Source: Eledone cirrhosa
Lineage: Eukaryota
Length of the DNA stretch: 64,000 nt
Assembly: GCA_964016885.1 (NCBI GenBank)
Contig: OZ024740.1
Coordinates: 247,442,001 to 247,506,000 of the forward strand
Direction of reading: 5' to 3'
Numbering within the stretch: the stretch's first letter is position 1; the number at the start of each line of letters is the position of its first letter. The notes beneath the pieces were generated by a model that had not been told where the DNA came from, searched no databases, and saw nothing but the letters and a program-made list of their open reading frames with translations. Shown here one piece after another: positions 56,394 to 64,000 of this stretch. A program made the translations under genes and the position numbers.

Positions 56394-57050
56394 TTGAATG
56401 TATATATAGTGTATTTTACAATACACTGTATGCTTAATTAAAAGCATTTTGAAGACCTTACGCTATTGTTTTAAAGTAGTGATTATGTCACTTACTTCTT
56501 TTTTCAACAAACAAAGGGAGATAAGCTGACATGGTTCTGTTTCATACTGTTGGTATTCCCCAGGGCTTAGCACTCCCCTTGTTTGTTGAAAATTATGAAT
56601 GTTGGATTCTTATAGAATTCCAGTAATAATCAGGAACTGATTATACAGAGCAGTTGCCGGTACAGCAACAATTGAAAATTAGAATTGGTGCTCTGAAATA
56701 CCGATATATATATATGAATGTATATATATTGTATTTTGCAATGCACTGTATGCTTAATTAAAAGCATTTTGAAGACCTTACGTTATTGTTTTAAAGTAGT
56801 GACTATGTCACTTACTTCTTTTTTCAATAAACAAAGGGAGATAAGCTGACATATCTCTGTTTCATGCTGTTGGTATTCCTCAGAGCTTAGCACTTTCTTT
56901 GTTGAAAAAAGAAGTAAGTGACATAGTCACTACTTTAAAATAATAGCGTAAGGTCTTCAAAATGCTTTTAATTAAGCATACAGTGTATTGCAAAATAAAC
57001 TATATATACATTCATATATATATCGCTATTTCAGATCACCAAGTCTAATT
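56390..57050. repeat. Direct plus inverted repeat unit
   Basis: 56395-56590 direct with 56715-56905; 56900-57045 inverted with 56685-56826. Confidence 0.7.
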
Positions 57051-57609
57051 ATATATATATATATATATAACATAAGTCTTTTTATTTGTAAAATGTCTAA
57101 GTATTTGACTCTAACCATAATTTTCACTATTACCACCCCACATAAATTCCTCAATTTGTATGTGGGGATGTGTGTATCTGTGGGGGTGGGTGTGAGTGTA
57201 TGTGCAAGTCAACCAACATAAGTCTTTTTATATGTAAATGTTCTAGTATTCTACCCTAACCTTAATTTTCAGTAGTACCACCCCTCATACATTCCTCAAT
57301 TTAAGAATAACCTGTAGTATCGAATTTAATACTATAAACCTCAATTGAATATATATCTGACCAGGAATGCTTTTTGTGAAAATCAGTCATATGGAACTAT
57401 TGTCATCTTGCCTGACGGCTTGAACTTTACAACACCACCTGCCTCTTTGAGGTCAAATACCAACCCTTCTAGCATCTACAAACTGACCAATGAGAATTAA
57501 GATTATTCCTGCTGACAACATTAAATTATCCCTAACAAGCTTATATGTCCCAAGGCTCTGATACCATCAACACCATAAACGCAGAGCTGGCATATCTAAG
57601 AACTGACTA

Positions 57610-57670
57610 ACTGCCTGATGAGGTCATAGCCATTCAATGGCTATCATCGAAATATATATAGCAGTAAATA
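57610..57670 (+). ncRNA. Hammerhead ribozyme motif upstream of PLE ORF
   Basis: CTGC(C)-CTGATGA-GGTCATAGCCATTCAATGGCTATCATC-GAAA-TATATA-TA-GCAG. Confidence 0.7.
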
Positions 57671-60523
57671 AAGGATTATGAGTTCATGCAATTGACTTAT
57701 GTTTCGTCACTAGTATAACTCCGGAACTTATATCTTCGTTGAGTGCTCCCTATCCGCATACTGAAGTATTGGATTTTACCAACACTTTCTTGCTTACCCC
57801 ATGCTCCACACCCTGTTGAGCGCTTCATACAGTAGCGGACCGCAGCCAATATGCATAAACTCACCACTCTGGAATCATTGAAGGACATCCCATTATCGGG
57901 TAACCGAGAATACACCAGGAATCTCACTAAGAGTACAGACTCCTTAATACGCAGAATGAGGTGGAGGGCTTACCACTTTGATAGAGAAAACCCCAATACT
58001 AATAACCAAAATACCATGGAGTGCCTATTCAGAGCAAGAAGGACCCCCACCCCGTAACAGACTACTGGAGAAGTTCGAGAACGAAATGATTGGCATCATT
58101 TCCAACATCAAATTTTCCGACCAACCATACCGGGGTCAAGAGTACCTTAGACCACTGGTCGCCAACATGGGTTCCGCGGAACCTTGGGTTTCCGTAAAAC
58201 AAACTCCGGGTTCCTTAAAAAAATAAATATTTACATTACCATTAATATTTTGGGTTTTCTGAAAAAGGTGCAAAGAAAATGCCAAAGGTGCAATGTATAA
58301 ATGAACAAGTACTATTGTAGTGTACACAGGTTCTCCACTCCAATTCGTGAAAAACACTACTTTCAGTTTCTCACTTGAATTACCAGAAAAACACTGTTCT
58401 GAGATTCGTGGAAATTGAGTACTTTCAATTTCACATTAATACTTGGAAAGACAGTTTTCTGAATTCCGAGAATTTGACTACTACTGATAATACACTAATT
58501 GAACTTAGAAATTGACCAATCACGAACAAGTAAATGTTGGTCGATGACAGCATAACTTTAAACTGAAAACTTCAGTTCAGCGAGGTCTCTCAGCCAAGAG
58601 ACAGGGTCAGTTCGCTGTTCTCACACCGTAAGTTCAGTAGAATGTTTTCAATAGAGACCACGTTTTAATCTGCTGCCCTCACAAAAGCTTTAAAGTCGTC
58701 TAAAGTTTCCTCACTGAGTGAACTCGCTTACTAGTCGTTTTTAACATGCATCCAGTTCCACAGACAATTCTAAATAAGAACACGTTACATTCTGTTGTAC
58801 TTTGCACAGAAAATATAACGACTGTAAAGTTTTGACTACTAACAAAGGTAATTTTGTATTCCATGCATACACTATAAACTTTGCCACACAATTATGTATT
58901 CATTTGATGAAATATATTTACATTACCAATGATATTTAATACGACCCTAAAGTAGTATATGCGGAAAGTGCTGGACTCTGAAAAAAATACCTTCCAGTCG
59001 TTCATAAATTTGCACCTTTTTCAGTAACCCCTAATATTTTAATATTATTATAAGACTTTAAATAATATTTTTGCCATCCTAAAATGGAGAAATTTCAATT
59101 TTTTTAAATTAAAATTTTTTTTAACTAGTTAAGTTTTTCTAAATATCTAAAATTAAAGTTAATTTAAGTACTTTTTGTAATTAAAAAAACTGTTAATTTC
59201 TCTTGTTTATTAATGTCATATTAAAATGTTAACTGTAGATAAATAACATTGATATGATGTCTACTGCAAAGAAGCTGAAGTTAGATACCAGCAGTAAGGT
59301 TAGACAGTGGTGTGATGATTATGTTAGATATGGATTTCAAAAAGCTGACACTAAAAAAGATACACCAGATCAGCCCATGTGTTTGCTATGTTCAAAGGTT
59401 CTATCAAATAGCTGTTTAAATCCTGCAAAACTTAAAAGACACATTGATACTAATCACACCAATGATAAAAACAAATCACTTGAATAATTTACTTCGCTGA
59501 AAAACAACATTAAAAAATCACAAGCTAATATGTATGACTTGTTTTGTAAAAAGTCAGATAGAAATAAAGCTTTAACAAGAACATCTTTTGAGATTTCACA
59601 TTTGATTGGTAAAAACAAGAAACCATTTACATTAGGAGAACAGTTAATTCTGCCAAGTATAAAAATTGCTACAGAGAATCTTTTTGAAAGCTGCAGTATT
59701 AAGGACAAAGAAAAATTAAGGCAGTTACCATTGTCAGCAAATACCGTAAAAAGAGGGATAATTGATATTTCTTCTGATATAGAAAATCAGATACTAACTG
59801 CACTAAAGAAAAGCCCATGTTTTGGACTGCAAGTGGACGAAACTACGGATATTAATAACAAGGCTCAATTAATTTGCTATGTACGGTTTGTAGACCTTGA
59901 TAAAAAAGAATTAGTAGAAGAGTATTTGTTTTGTCTGGCATTAGACATCACAACTAAAGGTCAAGATATATTCAATAAAATTGAAGAGTATTTTAAATGG
60001 TGTATCTTGGAGCAAGTTGACTTCAATAACAACAGATGGAGCAGCTGCAATGACTGGTAAAAATTCTGGTTTAATTGCAAAAATTAAAGAACAGACCCCA
60101 AATTGTATTTCAAATCATTGTATGATTTATCGAGAGGTTTTGTGTTAAAAAAAATTCAAAGACAGAGATGCTCAAATTGTCAAAATTATCAATTTGATCC
60201 ATGCAAGAGCAAACAATTCTAGAATGTTTGAATCTATTTGTGAATCTTCTGGAAGTAATTATAATAGATTGTTATTGAACAATGATGTGCGTTGGCTGTC
60301 TTTTGGGGATGCTATGAAGAGAGTTTTTGAACTGAGAGAAGAAATAATAGTTTTTCTAAAAAAACAGAATGATGAAAGAGCAAGTGTATTAGAAACGAAT
60401 GAATGGAATGTGCAACTCGCTTATTTAGTAGACATTTTTGGTGAACTGAACAAACTAAATAAGTGTCTTCAGGGTAACAATGCAGATATTTTTACTTCAA
60501 TCAATTTTATTACATATTTTCAA

Positions 60524-60869
60524 GGAATGCCCTGAAGAATTTGTTGACAATACAAAGCCAGATAATGATAAAATAGATAGGAAAGCTAAAGATGAAATCC
60601 ATCAATTCAAAGAAGCCATCTTTCCCAGTGACTACAACCCAGATAACAAGAAGAAGCGAGCTTCAGGAAGTGATGCATCACATGAATCTAGCAAACGTCC
60701 ACTTACTGACCAAGACTTGAAAGTATTGTGCATGGAGGGAAAGCTGGAAAAACTTAAACTGGCTGAACTAGGAAAAATGATGAGAGAAAATGATATCAAA
60801 TGTTTTGCAAAGAAAAAGAAAGAATTAATTGATGCAATCAACAACCATTATGGTGTCAGTGGCACATAG
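60524..60869 (+). pseudogene. XRCC6: Ku70 C-terminal linker + SAP domain, 5'-truncated retrocopy
   Basis: ECPEEFVDNTKP..FKEAIFPSDYNPD..KR..GKLEKLKLAEL..KKKELIDAINNHY aligns by eye with the Ku70 C-terminus (EPEQAVDLTLP..FKELVYPPDYNPE..GTLGKFTVPML..KKQELLEALTKHF); stop-free, followed by AATAAA at 60944. Confidence 0.85.
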
Positions 60870-60962
60870 ATCACCAAAACAGTTAATATATAATAGACAT
60901 TACAAGCAATGAATGTCAAAGATTGAATTAAGTCTGGGTAAAAAATAAAATAATACACACAT

Positions 60963-61299
60963 GGAGGCACATGGCTTAGTGGTTAGAGCATTGGCCTTGC
61001 AATCGAAAGGTTGTGAGTTCAATTCTCAGACCGGGTGATGTGTTGTTTCCTTGAGCAAGACACTTTATTTCACATTGCTCCAGTTTACTCAGCTGTAGAA
61101 ATGAGATGATAGGGACTGGGGCCCATATCATTCCACTGCAAAGTGGACGTGGAGGTGCCACAGCAAAAAGAAAAGCACCCAGCACTCACAGTTAACGAGG
61201 TTGGTGTTAGGAAGGGCATCTAGCTGTAGAAATCAAGCCAGAATCAGTTCCCGTCCCACCCTTGCAAGCAGGGAAAAGGGGACGTAAAATGAAATGATG
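60963..61299 (+). mobile_element. Second tRNA-derived SINE family with conserved central domain and LINE-like tail
   Basis: A-box TGGCTTAGTGG, B-box GAGTTCAATTC, core TCCTTGAGCAAGACACTT, tail ...AGGAAGGGCATC...GGACGTAAAATGAAATGATG. Confidence 0.85.
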
Positions 61300-64000
61300 A
61301 TTTTCAATCAAAATTAAACATCTGTATAAAAAGAATTGAATCGGACAATTACTTTCAAACCTTGAAATAGAGCTTAAAGAGAGAACATTTTGACTCCAGC
61401 AATCTAAAGAAGATTATTCTTTCTCATTTAAATGTGCTTTCCACAGGTTTTTCAGATTATTTTGACTTGATGGAAAAAGATATTGTTAGCGGAAATTTAT
61501 GGATAAAAAACCCGTTCACCGAGATCGAGCAGTTAGTGTCAGAAAATGACGCTGGAAATTGTAAAATTTACTACCTGCCCAATGCTTACATCAGTTGATG
61601 GATTTGAATTCAAACGAAGACCAGAAAGTGATATTCGAAAGCAGAAAGAAAGAACTTTGGATCGACTTATTCTTGATTGGGGAGTTTAATGAAATCAGCC
61701 AACTTGCATTGAAGTATTTGACTTTATTCCCATCTAGCTACTTGTGCGAAAAAGGGTTTTCGCAGTTGGTGGAAATCTGCACAAAGAAGAGGAATAAACT
61801 GTCAGCAATTGACGAGTGTATGAGACTGGCATTAACTAGTGTTGAACCTCGATTTTCTAAACTCACTGATGAGGCGCAGCAGAAAAGCCATTGTGTTCGA
61901 TTACATACACACGCATGAAACACTAAAATAAATAAATACTTTATTTTTTTTTTTGAAAAGTTTTGTATTGTATAGGTTCCGTGAAGAATTAAAGATATTT
62001 AGAGGGTTCCTCGGTTTTAGAAAGGTTGGCGACCACTGCCTTAGACGACTGGAAAATGGAATTACCGAGCTTAAGGAATCTACAGGAATACTCGTCCATG
62101 GCGACAAAACTACCAACCTTTACAGTATGGACGTTCAACTTTACCATGAGCTAATCCTAAGGGAACTAAGAAAAAGCTACAAAAAAAAAAGCCCGAGGCT
62201 ACCCTGGAGGATATCAACATCAAGGCTTATGAGATCGTATCTGGTCTTGCCATAGATGATAGGACGGCCCGATACCAACCAAGGGAGCCGAGGATTACCA
62301 TTAAGGACCACAAACCAAACTTTGAGTCTAACTTGCCTGTCAGACTGTTAGAACTCTCCCGGTCAGACATGGGGGTTATTAGCAAAAGCATTTTAGATAG
62401 GATCCTGCCCACACTTAAGAGTAAAATAAGGTTACAACTCTGGTTCTTCACCAGCCAGGTCCTGGACTGGTTTACATTTTTACCTGACAAACATAGGACT
62501 AGCTTCATACAACTAGACATCAACAATTACTACTCCTCTATCTCGCCCATAGTCCTGAGCAATGCACTCATATTCGCGATGAATAGGAAAGACCTAACGT
62601 GCGACGAGGTCCGAATCATACACGCCGCCAGAAAGACCCTGATCCGATTTGGTGGGGATATGTGGACCCGGAGTGACTGGCCTAATAATTTTGACATTAC
62701 AATCGACTCCAGTGACTCGGCGCAGCTAACGGACTTGGTTGGGATATACATACTCTACGAGATCAGGAGCGAAATACCCAACCTGGGTGGCGGGCTGTAC
62801 CGAGACGACGCACTCTTCACCGACGTGGACCACAGCACCACAATGGTCGAAAATATGAAGAGAAGAATTAGACACTTCTTTAGCAAGGTAGGACTTAAAG
62901 TAGAGATGGAACCCAATAGAAAAGTAGTGAATTTGCTGGACACCACCCTCAACCTCAAGACCAAACGACACCACCCATATCATAAACCCAATGAGAAGCT
63001 GGTGTATATCAACGCTGTGTGCAATCACCCTAGATCTATAGTTAAGGCCGTAGTTAAGAGTGTCTCTGACAGGATCTCTAACTTGTCTGCCAATAAAGAG
63101 ATCTTCAATAGTAACGCTGATTACTATAACTCAGCGCCAGCTAAGGCGTCCCACAGCCATAGGATCAGCTATAACCCTAAGGGTATACCTTAGATGACCC
63201 AAGGGTACTCCGGACCAATACTCTTAGGGGCATGAGTCGCCCACCTAATACATCGATGACCAGTAGTAATACTCCCCCGTCACCACCCCCGGTAGAAGGT
63301 CCCGCATACCCCACCAGCGTCATTAAATGTTTTTTCATACATAAAACAGAAATAAAGTTATATTTAATTGAATAATAGTGAATTAAGACCACTCGGGTGT
63401 TTTGAAACAAAACAGTGTTAATGAACCTCTAATTTAATTAGTCAAACAATCTACTAATGTTAGAAAGAACCACAGGTGAGAATGGAAATCATGACATTCA
63501 AATTATCAAGGATGACCAAGTCCTTGTTTTTCTGCAAATGTAAAATAATCCACTCGGGAAAAATGAAGAAGATGTGTAAAGAATTAACATGGAAAACGGT
63601 TTGGTAAAAACTAAGACATGTATCACTCATAAGGCGAGTATATTATTGTCCAGCCACACTAGGACACGCATGCATGTTCCAGAACATTCTAAGGTCTTAA
63701 CTGTATATAAATATAGAGGACATTTTGTAATTGTTGGTCGTTTGTATAGCTTCAAAAGGTCGGTGTTTCAATAATATAATCACTTGCTCATCTTTTTTGT
63801 GTTCTCATTTCAATTGTTGGGAAAAACATAACTAAGAATACGTTCAATATGTAAATCTCTATATCCGATTTACTTGAGTATTAATTGGTTTATAAGCAGT
63901 TCCTCTGTAGACAAATACAGAAGGAACCCAGTCGCTAAGGGAATCCCGATACTTGTTTAAAACTAGTCCATGAAGATATTATATACAATGGTGTTTACAT

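Larger units (their letters stand above)
59254..61918 (+). pseudogene. Buster-type hAT transposase pseudogene (ZBED5/SCAND3-like family), interrupted
   Basis: BED-like CLLC..KLKRH..H, LQVDETTD, TTDGAAAM, VRWLS, SSYLCEKGFS; stops, frameshifts and a 776 bp insertion. Confidence 0.92.
58153..62038 (+). mobile_element. hAT DNA transposon, Buster/Charlie group
   Basis: 14 bp TIRs CA(C/G)TGGTCGCCAAC; 8 bp TSD CCTTAGAC (58145-58152, 62039-62046) with central TA; subterminal GGTTCC repeats. Confidence 0.95.
57440..63325 (+). mobile_element. Penelope-like retroelement, 3'-truncated, interrupted by a hAT element
   Basis: 5' region with HHR and AATAAA; N-terminus SLKDIPL..IRRMRWRA; reading frame rejoins across the hAT (QEYLR|RLENG...GDKTTNLY); RT with GGGLYRDD at 62333-63193. 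Confidence 0.9.

Noticed and set aside
60194-60869. In-frame transposase-Ku70 SAP fusion protein
   Set aside because: The two are in different frames and the upstream transposase already carries stops and frameshifts.
60524-60869. Terminal exon of the genuine XRCC6 gene
   Set aside because: It is bracketed by a TSD inside a transposase and no upstream Ku70 exons were seen in the window.

Overview
AT-rich, microsatellite-laden eukaryotic DNA, most consistent with an octopus (coleoid cephalopod) genome, made almost entirely of decayed and nested transposable elements. It contains Helitrons (a tandem pair with complementary Rep/helicase deletions, one near full-length copy and several non-autonomous ones), at least six Penelope-like retroelements (PLEs) with RT and/or GIY-YIG remnants, about 20 hammerhead-ribozyme (HHR) motifs in PLE terminal repeats and coding-free repeat units, tRNA-derived SINEs with TSDs, CR1- and RTE-type LINE fragments, and a Buster-type hAT transposon. 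No complete host gene is visible. The most notable items are: (1) a three-level nest in which a Ku70 (XRCC6) C-terminal/SAP retrocopy fused to a SINE sits, with its own TSD, inside a hAT transposase that sits inside a PLE; (2) an isolated, cleanly spliceable exon encoding a signal peptide plus a cationic amphipathic, antimicrobial-peptide-like helix; (3) retrozyme-like HHR-flanked ~520-580 bp units in (TA)n tracts; (4) a 2.6 kb fold-back palindrome. All calls are by eye; no searches were run.
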